Shown one piece after another: positions 1 through 11,400 of a stretch of 64,000 nucleotides of DNA. The first letter of the stretch is position 1. Every line of letters begins with the position of its first letter. Under the pieces are notes generated by a model that saw only the letters and a list, made by a program, of their open reading frames with translations, was not told where the DNA came from and ran no database searches. Both the position numbers and the translations under genes were made by a program. This DNA comes from Cyanophora paradoxa CCMP329 (taxonomy: Eukaryota; Plantae; Glaucophyta): NCBI GenBank assembly GCA_004431415.1, contig QPMI01000126.1, positions 1 to 64,000 on the forward strand. The letters run 5' to 3'.

Positions 1-3000
1 CCGGAGCGGTGCGCTTGGATCAGGGTCCTCCGTGACCGATCTCGCCGTCTCACGCCCCAAGCAGATCACGCGGACGCGAGCGGCGGCGGCGCGGCTGCTG
101 GCGGCGGGCGGGGCGGAGGAGGGCGGGGCGGGGCACGCGCTGCGGCGGGGTCGGCCGCGGGGTCTCGCCCCGAGGTCCGCGCCGCCCTCGCGGACGAGAG
201 CGGCTCCGAGGAGGCCAGCGACGCCGCGCAGTCGGTGCCCCGCCCGCCCGGGGCCCCCGCCTGCTCTCCGGGAGGGGATCGGGCGCGCGGCAGGGGCCGG
301 AGGGCGGGACGGAGAGCAGCGAGGCCGACGAGGCAGAGTTCCGCCGCTGCCGCGCCCCCCGCCGCGCCCCCGCCGCGCCCCCGCCCCGCCGGCGGCCGCC
401 GGCGGCGCCACTCGCCCCCGATGCCGGCCCCGGAGGCGCGCCGCCGCGCCGCGGCCCTCCTCGCGGTCGCCTCTCGCCGACGGGAGCGGCGCCGGCGCAG
501 GCGGAGCCGTGGGACGGGAAGGAGCTCGACTGGACCCGCCGCGAGCTCGCCCCCGGGTGCGCCGGCCCCGCCGCAGCCCCGGCGGCGGCCGTGGGGCCGG
601 GGCGACGGGGCGGGGGCGCAGGGTCGGTGTGCACAGCGGGGTGGCGGGGCGGCTGCTGCCTGCCCCACCAGCTCGAGGCTGCCCGCTTCCTCTGGCGCCT
701 CTGCGTCACCGACGCCGACGCCCTCGCCGCCCGCTCCGCCCGCGGTCCGCCTCTGCGCCGGCCCCGGCCCCGCCTGCCCTGCCCCCCACCCGCCCGCCCG
801 CCCGCCGGCCGCGCTCGACGCGACGCGCAGTGCCCATCAGCGGCGGCGTGGTGGCGCACAACATGGTGCCCCAGCCGCGCCTCGCGCGCCGCCCGGCCCC
901 GACCGCCCCGCGCAGGGCCTCGGCAAGACGCTCTCAGCGCGCCCGCCCGCCCGCCCCGCCGCCCCCTCCGCCCCGCGGCGCCACTCACGCGGGTCGGGGC
1001 AGACGATCGCTTTCCTTCACACGCGGCACCTCCAGGCGGCCCCCGCTTCGCCTCGCCCCTGCTTCCTCATCGTGGCCCCCGTGAACACGCTGGAGAACTG
1101 GCAGGCGGAGCTGCGCCGCTGGATCCCCCCGAACGCGCACCCCATGCCCCTCGCCCCCGCCCTCGTCGGGAAAGAGTCCCCCGAGGAGGCGCGCCGGGCC
1201 CATCCCGTCGGCCCGGCACAGACCGGCCGGCCCCGCGTGACCCGGCCTCCCCTGCAGGTTGTCTCCCGCCTGGAGCGCTGGCGCCGCGAGGGCGGCTGCT
1301 TCGTCATCGGGTGCGTGGGGCCCGCCGCGCCCCTCGGCGCCCCCGGCCGGCCTCACCGCCCGCCGCAGGTATGAGCGCCTGCGGACCCTGCTCCTCACCA
1401 AGGAGCACTTCGCGATGGGTGCCCCGCGCCCCGCCCCGCCCCGCCCCGCCCCGCCCCACCCCCGCCCCGCCGCCCGTCGGGACCGGCGCCGACGCCGGCG
1501 CTGGGGGTGCAGTGAAGGAGGCGATGCGGCACCAGAAGAGCGGGCGGGGGACGACGCGGGCCAACGAGGAGGCCCTCGCCCGCTTCCTCGCCGGCGGCCT
1601 CGACCGCACCCCCGCCCAGTTCTACGCCGTCCGCCCCGCCCCGCCCCGCCTCCGCGAGGCGCGCCTGGGGGCGGGGCGCGAGCGAGCGGGCTGCCGGCGG
1701 GCGCGCAGATGGCGCGGGCGCGGTCGGAGCCGCAGGAGAACCGCCCCCTCGCCGCCGCCAAGCGCGCCATCCGCGACGACCCCCTCGCCAAGCGCGGCCA
1801 GGCCCGCCCCGCCCCGCCCGCCCCGCCTGCCCCGGCCGCCCTCGGCCGAGGCGGGGCGGCAGGGGGTGTACCAGCGGGCGCGGGCGGCGCTGTGCGACGG
1901 GGCCGGGCCGGGGGCGGGGCCCCTTCCCCTGCCCCTTCGACGTGCTCGTCCTCGACGAGGGCCACCGCATCAGGGCCCGCCCTCGCCCGCCCGCCCGCCC
2001 CCGAGCCGCCCCTGTGCGCGGAGCTGATCGTGGGCGGGGGCGTGGCAGTCGGAGGGGAGCCAGCAAACGGTGGCGATGGGCCTTCTCTCGGCCCGCCGGC
2101 GGGCCGTCCTCTCGGGGTACCCCCTCCAGAACAACCTCTGGGAGTACTACCACATGCGCGCCACTTCTGATGCCGTATCGCACGTTTCAAATCGAACTCA
2201 AAGCCGTACCCTTAACCTCCCCCACCTCCCCGCGGCCGCGCGCAGGCTGGACTACGTCCGCCCGGGGTGCCTCGGTGCGCCACGCCCCGCCCCGCCCCCT
2301 CCCCGCCCCCGCCCCCGCCCCCGCGGCGACGAGGCGGGGGCGGGGGCGGGGCAGGGACGCGGCGGGCCTTCTGGAACTCGTTCGTCTGGCCGATCGACCT
2401 GGGGACCTTCCGCGACTCGAGCGCCGAGGAGGTCCGCGCCATGTACAAGCGCCTCCACGTCCTCCGCCAGGTCCCCCGCTGGCCCCGCCTGCCCGCCCCG
2501 CCCCCGCCCGCCCGCCCACGCGCGGGGCGGGCAGCGGGTGGGCCCGTACGTGGACCGGCGGGACGCGCGCGTCCTCCGCCGCGCCATGGCAGACCTCAAC
2601 CGCGACCGCCAGGCCCGCCCCCGCCCCGACCCCGCCCCGCCCCGTCCCCTCCCCTCGCCTCACGCCCCGCGCAGAAGTTCGAGTTCGTGCTGCACGTCCG
2701 CCTCGACCCCGTCGCCGTGCTCCCTCCCGCCCTTCTCGTCCGCCGGGCGGGGCGGCTGAGGCGGGGCGGGGCGGGGCAGGCGGCGCTCTACGAGAGGCTC
2801 GTCGCCGCCGCCCTCGAAGGCCGCCTCGTGCCCCCGGCCAAGGGCCGCCAGGCGCCCCAGCGCGCCCCGCGGCAGCGGCAGCAGCAGCAGCAGCACTCGC
2901 ACTCGGATCCCGAGGCCACGGAGGTCGAGGGGAGGCCCCGCCCGCGCGCCGGGGCCCGGGCCCGGGCGGGAGCGGCGCGGGGGAGCGGGCGGTGCCGGGG

Positions 3001-5291
3001 GGCGTGCGGCGGCGGCTCCCTGTCCTCGTCGCCTACCAAGTCGCCCGCAAGGTCCCCGCCCCGCCCCGCCCCGCCCCGCCCCGCCCGCCTCGCCCTACCA
3101 ACCCCGACCCTCACGCCCGGCGCCGGCAGATCCTGAACACGCCCGAGGTGCTGCGCCGCTTCCTGCTCCGACTGGGCCCCGCCGCCGCCGGCCTCGCCGC
3201 CGACGGCGAGTCCGACCTCGTGCGTGCCCTCGCGCCGGTCGGCAGCAGCGCCCCGCGCCCCGCCGATGTCCACGCGGCAGGGGGCGGCCTCGGAGGAGGA
3301 AGAGGGGGAGGAGGGGGAGGGGCGGGCGACGCGGGTCGACTACGGCTCCTTCGTGGACCCGGCCTTCGCCGCCCGCGCCCCCTTCGCCCCCGCCGACTCC
3401 AACAAGGCCCGCCCCCGCCCCCCGCCCCCGCCCCCTGTCGCTCCCGAAAGGTGCGCGAGGCGGGCGGGGCAGATGGCTGTGGCGCTCGAGATCGCCCGCC
3501 TCGCCGCCCAGGCCGGCGACAAGGCGCCCGCTCCCGCCCCGCCCGTCCACTCTCTTCGAGCTCGCCGCGAGCGGCGGCCGCAGGTGCTGCTCTTCAGCAC
3601 GTCGCTGGGGACGCTCGACGTCTGCGAGGAGGCCGCCCGCTCCCTCCTCGGGTGCCCCCGCCCCGCCTCCCCGCCCCGCCCCGCCGGGGCGCCGAGGGTG
3701 GGGTCGGCGCGGGGGGCCAGGTACGAGTCGGGGCGGGAGCTCTTCCGCGTGGACGGGAGCACGCCCGCGCAGGCGCGGCACAGCCTCGTCCAGCGGTGCG
3801 CCCCGCTCGGCCCCATGGCCCCAAGCGAGCGCTAGCCGCCCCGGCCCGCCGCCCCGCCTCTCTCTCGCCGCCTGCCCCGCACCCGAGCTCGCCCGTCTCG
3901 AGCGCGCGCGGGGGGGCAGGTTCAACAGGGACCCCGGGGCGCGCCTCTTCGTGATCTCGACGGTCGCCGGCGGCGTCGGCATCAACCTCGCCTCCGGTGC
4001 CTTCGCCCTCCCGCGCCCTCCCGCGCCCTCGGTTCGGCCTGGCCTGCCCGGGGGCCTCACGCGGCTTGTTCGGCCCCCCGCGCCCGCGCCCGCAGCGAAC
4101 CGCGTGATCGTGATGGACGCCTGCTGGAACCCCTGCCACGGCCCGCACCGACACCCCGCCCCCGAGCCGCCCCGCCCCCTCCCCCCTCTTCTCAGCGCAG
4201 CGCGCAGACACGCAGGCGCTCTTCCGGGCGTACCGCTTCGGGCAGCAGAAGGACGTCTTCGTCTACCGCCTCGTCGCGGCGGGGACGATGGAGTGGCGCG
4301 TCTACACCCAGCAGGCGCCCGCCCTCCGCGCCCCCGCCCCCCGTCCCCGCCGGGGGCCCATCTGCGCCCTCGCGCGCCCGCTCGGCCCCCGCAGGTCGTC
4401 AAGCAGTCCCTCTTCAAGCGCGGTGCGCCGGCCCCGCAAGCTCAAGCCGGTCCGGCCCCCGCTTCGCCCCGACGTTCTCGCGCGCGCGTTGGGCGGCAGC
4501 GGTGGACTCGGCGGCGACCTCGCGGCACGTGGCGCGGCAGGAGGCGGGCGAGTACTTCGCGGTACCGCTCGAGTGGCGCCCCCCGGCCCGCTACGCGCGC
4601 TCCTCCGCCCGCGACCCCGTCCTCGCCGTGCGCCCCCGCCCCGCCCCGACCCCCCGCACACACGCGCGCGGCGCCCCGAGCGGCGCTTGCGTGCAGGCGG
4701 CGGTTGCGGAGTTTGCCGGCGGGCGGCGGCGGCGGCCGGCGAGCCCGGCGACGAGGACGATGACTCGGGGTCGGAGGCGGAGGCGGGGGCGGGCGGGACC
4801 CGCTGGCGGCGCTCGGCGTGCTCGCGCAGCCGCCGGCCCCGGGGCGGGGCGGGGGCGGGGCGGCTCCAGCGGGGGCGGGGGGCGGCAGCGGGGCGGGGCC
4901 CGCCGCCCCGGGGATGGTGCTCCTGCGCGTGCACGAGCACGAGTCGCTCCTCGCCGACGACGACCCGGGCGCCCGGTCCGCCCCGCCCCGCCCCGCCCCG
5001 CCCCGCCCCGCCGCGCGCCCTCCGAGCCGGCCGGGGGCGCGGGGCAGGATCACGGAGGAGGACCGGCGGGAGGCGGCGGGGGAGGTGGAGCGGGAGGAGC
5101 GGGCGGAGCGGGCAGCGCGGGTGCGGGAGCGCGCCACGCGCCGCCGCGCCGGCGTCTTCTTCGACGAGGAGGACGAGGAGGACGAAGAGGGGCCGCGCCC
5201 CGAGCAGGGCCCCCGCCCCGGCCCCTCCCCCGCCCCTCTGCAGGCCCCAGCAGCCGCCGCCGCGGTGTCCCTCGATGCCATGATGCCATGA
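1..5291 (+). CDS. SNF2-family helicase/ATPase, ATRX/ARIP4(RAD54L2)-like; multi-exon, 5' end probably outside window
   Basis: Spliced exons give [19 protein letters not shown]|GLGKTL (motif I), [29 protein letters not shown] (DExH), [20 protein letters not shown]|[55 protein letters not shown]|[22 protein letters not shown] and HEHESLL, all typical of the ATRX/ARIP4 clade. Stop position is approximate. Confidence 0.88.
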
Positions 5292-5459
5292 TGTACTATA
5301 GCTAGTACTTTTCTGACTCAGTGACTCAAGCTCAGACCGATGTACTACGGTACAGCGCCGCGCGCCGCGGGGCCCGGCCCGGCGCGCGGGGCCGTGGCGG
5401 GCCATGCAGACCCACCCCGGCCCATGGCCAATTGCAAGCCCTGCGGCCGTACTAGTGCG

Positions 5460-8400
5460 TGCTAAAGTTTCGCGAGCTATCTGTATTAGCAAGCCATCAT
5501 AATAACGTTGATTAAGCTGAGTGTGCAAGACCATGGTCACGCTCCCAGACTAATTTGCCAAGTAGATGCGAATTAGAAGCCTACAACTGCAAGCGGTCTG
5601 CGGCTGCCCCACTGGGCGGCGGTTGCGAGGAATGGGCTCGACAGCGCCTCGGGCCCGGGGCCCGGGGCCCCGCAGAAGATGAGGAGGGACGGGCCCGAGG
5701 CGCGGGGCTGGGCGGCCCAGAGCATAGGCCCGCCGGGGCACCAGCGCCGGGGCCCGCACGCCTAGGCCTGCCGCCAGCAGGCGCGCCCGGCCTGGCCTCC
5801 GCTGCTGCGCCTGGATCGGCCCGGGGGACGGCCTGGCCATGGGGCGGAGAAGAGGGAGGCAGGCCGCGGGCACACCGGCGCCACCGCGAGAGCCCGCCCG
5901 CCGCCGCCTGGCTCCCCTTCGCCGACCCCGACCGCACCTCCCGCAGGACGACCCGGCAACCTCGAGCAATGGCGGACGCTGCTGCGCTCGTACGACGTCG
6001 ACTCGGGCCGGGGCGGGCGCACGCACGGAGCGCGCAAGCGGGGCACCTCGCTTCGGGCTTCCAAAAGTGCGGCGTTCTTTCCGCGCGCCGAAGCCTGCGT
6101 CCGGGAAGACGTCAGCTGCGAGCGCAAACGCGCTGCACCAGCGTGGCGCAGCCACTGCCGTCAGTGCATACCGGCCGCAAGGGGTAGCGCCGGGACGCCA
6201 GCTCGCAGCTGCAGGGAGCCTCGCATGCGCAGCTGGACTCGGGCAGCCCGCAAACGCATCCGCTTCTATGATCATGAAGCCTTGAAGGAGAGAAGACGAA
6301 GGGCGAGCTGCAGATTCTGCCATCGTCGATCCGCGCTGATTTGTCCGCTAGCCTCGACGGCAGCTACTGCTAGCTGACCATGCCAAGCTCTTCAGTTCTA
6401 GACAGAGAATTTGAAGCGCTGCGACCTGTGCGCGTTAGAAGCTTCAGCCCGAGAAAGGAGCGCTCACAGGCTGAATTGAAGCATGCACTTCGCACCGTCA
6501 CGGGACTCTCTCGCCTGTCTCCCTCCGCGGCCGACATCAGCAGGCGCGGCAGGCCTAGGTTCGCTGCTGCTGAAAGCCGCTGCTAAATTTCAAAGCCCCC
6601 GGCCGCTCTGTACGTACGTGCTGTCGCCGCGCTTTTGAATTCGATGCCTAGACGTTCTCCGCGCCATATGCATCGCTCGTGGAGCAGGTGGTGTGAACGT
6701 GGGCGGCGGTGGGCCTCGCCGAGTCGGCTCTCGATCGGTGGCTCGTGCACGAGCCACCCCTTTGACCCCCCCTCCTCCTTCCCCCCCGAGCGGCCTGTGC
6801 ACAGGCCGCTCGGATTAGACTGTACCCCCCACTGGCTCGTGCACGAGCCAGCTCTTTGCCCCCCCCCATCCCGCCCCCCCCCCGCCCCCCTAGTGGCCTG
6901 TGCACAGGCCACTCGGATGGCACTGTACCCCCTTACAAAAAAACAGATTGGCCGGTGCAGCGGCCAATCCGTCTAAAAAAAGGCTGGTGGGCTCATGCTC
7001 GACTCCACAGAGGGCTATATATATTAGGGACGCCGCCGCGACCTTGTTTACAGCATGCACACGAGCGACGGGTGCGTCTGGCTTCTCTCCCCTTCCCCGG
7101 CAGGAGTTTCGCGGGCCCGCTGCTGCCGGGCGGGTGAGCTTTCGTAACAGATCGTGCATTGCGACGGGCATCATCACTGATGCGACACTGGCGGCATGCA
7201 TATGCCATGATGATCAGGCCCTCGGCCCTGGGACGAGTGTCAGCACCGCGGCCGCGCGCGGCAAGCGCGGCTCTATATCTGCGTCCCCCGCGCCGCGAGC
7301 TCCTCGATCGGCAGCGCGCCACTCGAGGTCGTCAGTAGCTTGGAAGCCGCTGCGGCAGCTTCAGCGTCGACAGGTCCATGACCAGGCCGCCGTGATCGTT
7401 CTGGTCCACTTCGACGTGCGCGCGCGCGCCGCGCGCGGCGCTTGCCCGGGCGCACACTCGGCAAGAAGCGGGTGCGTTCCAGATCTAGAGGAGCATGTGT
7501 ACAAGCACCCGCTGAAGAGAAGTTGACGCCGCTCGCAGCGGCTCGGCCCCGGAGCCTTCATGTGTTGTCCGCCCCGGCCCGCCCTCGCGCGATCGGCGCT
7601 TCTCAGCCGCCGGTGGTTCCCGGGCCCCGAGGCCCGCTGCTGGTTGAGCGGGCCCCGAGGGACAGGGATGTCTTCGTCGAGGTCGTCGGCGGCGGAGGCG
7701 ACGGAAGCGGCAGCTGCTCGGGAGGCGGCGGCCGCGGAGGCCTAGCTATAGGCGGCTCTGGGAGGCGGCGGCGTCGACGGCCGCAGAGGGCGCCAGCCGG
7801 GGCGGGGCGTGCCGGCGCGGACGGCGGCCGCCGCCGCGGCGCCACCCGACGACCACCTGCCCCGGCGCGGACCGCCGCCTCCTCCGTCCCGCCAGTGCCG
7901 TCTTCTCGTCTGCAAACGCTAGCGGACTCGGGCCGGCGCCTCCCGTCGGCCCGCGGCCGGGCCCCACCCGTTCGGCGATCGGCGGCTGAGGCGACGCGGA
8001 GAGCGACCCCACAGCATATATGCATCCTGCTTGCCAAGTTGGCCGGCGCCCGCCCTCGAGCTCGCCCAGCGGAGCAGGCGCCCTTGGCGCCGGCCCTAGG
8101 CCTAGACTTTTTCTCGAATTCCCAAGCCTTGAAGTTCGCAATTTAAAGCTAGCCATATCTATCGTGTTAACCTTGACTGAGCTGAGTGTGCAAGACCATG
8201 GCCACGCTCCCAGACTGCAGACGTACGCGTGCGGGGACAGGGGCCTCGACCAGCTGCAGCTGCAGATCACGATCGCGAGGCCGCGGAAGTACTAGTGTTG
8301 ATTGCTCATCGCTAAGTAAATGCGAATTAGAAGCCGACAACTGCAAGCGGTCTGCGGCTGCCCCACTGGGCGGCGGTTGCGAGGAATGGCTCGACAGCGC

Positions 8401-11400
8401 CTCGGGCCCGGGGCCCGGGGCCCCGCAGGAGATGAGGAGGGACGGGCCCGAGGCGCCGGCGCGGGGCTGGGCGGCCCAGAGCATAGGCCCGCCGGGGCAG
8501 CAGCGCCGGGGCCCGCACGCCTAGGCCTGCCGCCAGCAGGCGCGCCCGGCCTGGCCTCCGCCGCTGCGCCTGGATCGGCCTGGGGGACGGCCTGGCCATG
8601 GGCCGGAGAAGAGGGAGGCAGGTCGCGGGCACACCGGCGCCACCGCGAGAGCCCGCCCGCCGCCGCCTTGCTCCCCTTCGCCGACCCCGACCGCACCTCC
8701 CGCAGGACGACCCGGCAACCTCGAGCAATGGCGGACGCTGCTGCGCTCGCACGACGTCGACACGGGCCGGGGCGGGCGCACGCACGGAGCGCGCAAGCGG
8801 GGCACCTCGCTTCGGGCTTCCAAAAGTGCGGCGTTCTTTCCGCGCGCCGAAGCCTGCGTCCGGGCGGACGTCAGCTGCGAGCGCAAACGCGCTGCACCAG
8901 CGTGGCGCACGCAGCCACTGCCGTCAGTGCATACCGGCCGCAAGGGGTAGCGCCGGGACGCCAGCTCGCAGCTGCAGGGAGCCTCGCATGCGCAGCTGGA
9001 CTCGGGCAGCCCGCAAACGCATCCGCGTCTATGATCATGAAGCCTTGAAGGAGAGAAGACGAAGGGCGAGCTGCAGATTCTGCCATCGTCGATCCACGCT
9101 GATTTGTCCGCTAGCCTCGATAGCAGCTACTGCTAGGCTGACCATGCCAAGCTCTTCAGTTCTAGACAGAGAATTTGAAGCGCTGCGACCTGTGCGCGTT
9201 AGAAGCTTCAGCCCGAGAAAGGAGCGCTCACAGGCTGAAGCATGCACTTCGCACCGTCACGGGACTCTCTCGCCTGTCTCCCTCCGCGGCCGACATCAGC
9301 AGGCGCGGCAGGCCTAGGTTCGCTGCTGCTGAAAGCCGCTGCTAAATTTCAAAGCCCCCGGCCGCTCTGTACGTACGTGCTGTCGCCGCGCTTTTGAATT
9401 CGATGCCTAGACGTTCTCCGCGCCATATGCATCGCTCGTGGAGCAGGTGGTGTGAACGTGGGCGGCGGTGGGCCTCGCCGAGTCGGCTCTCGATCGGTGG
9501 CTCGTGCACGAGCCACCCCTTTGACCCCCCCTCCTCCTTCCCCCCCGAGCGGCCTGTGCACAGGCCGCTCGGATTAGACTGTACCCCCCACTGGCTCGTG
9601 CACGAGCCAGCTCTTTGCCCCCCCCCATCCCGCCCCCCCCCCCGCCCCCCTAGTGGCCTGTGCACAGGCCACTCGGATGGCACTGTACCCCCTTGCAAAA
9701 AAACAGATTGGCCGGTGCAACGGCCAATCCGTCTAAAAAAAGGCTGGTGGGCTCATGCTCGACTCCACAGAGGGCTATATATATTAGGGACGCCGCCGCG
9801 ACCTTGTTTACAGCATGCACACGAGCGACGGGTGCGTCTGGCTTCTCTCCCCTTCCCCGGCAGGAGTTTCGCGGGCCCGCTGCTGCCGGGCGGGTGAGCT
9901 TTCGTAACAGATCGTGCATTGCGACGGGCATCATCACTGATGCGACACTGGCGGCATGCATATGCCATGATGATCAGGCCCTCGGCCCTGGGACGAGTGT
10001 CAGCACCGCGGCCGCGCGCGGCAAGCGCGGCTCTATATCTGCGTCCCCCGCGCCGCGAGCTCCTCGATCGGCAGCGCGCCACTCGAGGTCGTCAGTAGCT
10101 TGGAAGCCGCTGCGGCAGCTTCAGCGTCGACAGGTCCATGACCAGGCCGCCGTGATCGTTCTGGTCCACTTCGACGTGCGCGCGCGCGCCGCGCGCGGCG
10201 CTTGCCCGGGCGCACACTCGGCAAGAAGCGGGTGCGTTCCAGATCTAGAGGAGCATGTGTACAAGCACCCGCTGAAGAGAAGTTGACGCCGCTCGCAGCG
10301 GCTCGGCCCCGGAGCCTTCATGTGTTGTCCGCCCCGGCCCGCCCTCGCGCGATCGGCGCTTCTCAGCCGCCGGTGGTTCCCGGGCCCGAGGCCCGCTGCT
10401 GGTTGAGCGGGGCCCCGAGGGACAGGGATGTCTTCGTCGAGGTCGTCGGCGGCGGAGGCGACGGAAGCGGCAGCTGCTCGGGAGGCGGCGGCCGCGGAGG
10501 CCTAGCTATAGGCGGCTCTGGGAGGCGGCGGCGTCGACGGCCGCAGAGGGCGCCAGCCGGGGCGGGGCGTGCCGGCGCGGACGGCGGCCGCCGCCGCGGC
10601 GCCACCCGACGACCACCTGCCCCGGCGCGGACCGCCGCCTCCTCCGTCCCGCCAGTGCCGTCTTCTCGTCTGCAAACGCTAGCGGACTCGGGCCGGCGCC
10701 TCCCGTCGGCCCCGCGGCCGGGCCCCACCCGTTCGGCGATCGGCGGCTGAGGCGACGCGGAGAGCGACCCCACAGCATATATGCATCCTGCTTGCCAAGT
10801 TGGCCGGCGCCCGCCCTCGAGCTCGCCCAGCGGAGCAGGCGCCCTTGGCGCCGGCCCTAGGCCTAGACTTTTTCTCGAATTCCCAAGCCTTGAAGTTCGC
10901 AATTTAAAGCTAGCCATATCTATCGTGTTAACCTTGACTGAGCTGAGTGTGCAAGACCATGGCCACGCTCCCAGACTGCAGACGTACGCGTGCGGGGACA
11001 GGGGCCTCGACCAGCTGCAGCTGCAGATCACGATCGCGAGGCCGCGGAAGTACTAGTGTTGATTGCTCATCGCTAAGTAAATGCGAATTAGAAGCCGACA
11101 ACTGCAAGCGGTCTGCGGCTGCCCCACTGGGCGGCGGTTGCGAGGAATGGGCTCGACAGCGCCTCGGGCCCGGGGCCCGGGGCCCCGCAGGAGATGAGGA
11201 GGGACGGGCCCGAGGCGCCGGCGCGGGGCTGGGCGGCCCAGAGCATAGGCCCGCCGGGGCAGCAGCGCCGGGGCCCGCACGCCTAGGCCTGCCGCCAGCA
11301 GGCGCGCCCGGCCTGGCCTCCGCCGCTGCGCCTGGATCGGCCTGGGGGACGGCCTGGCCATGGGCCGGAGAAGAGGGAGGCAGGTCGCGGGCACACCGGC

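Noticed and set aside
1418-1475. (CCCCG)n runs as telomeric repeats or Introner transposons
   Set aside because: The runs sit inside introns and UTRs and follow gene strand. Introns share only low-complexity motifs, not the extended identity or terminal repeats expected of Introners.
6900-7526. Repeat-unit ORFs (208 aa, 242-287 aa) as real proteins
   Set aside because: No recognisable domains or host-like codon pattern, and frames change between copies.
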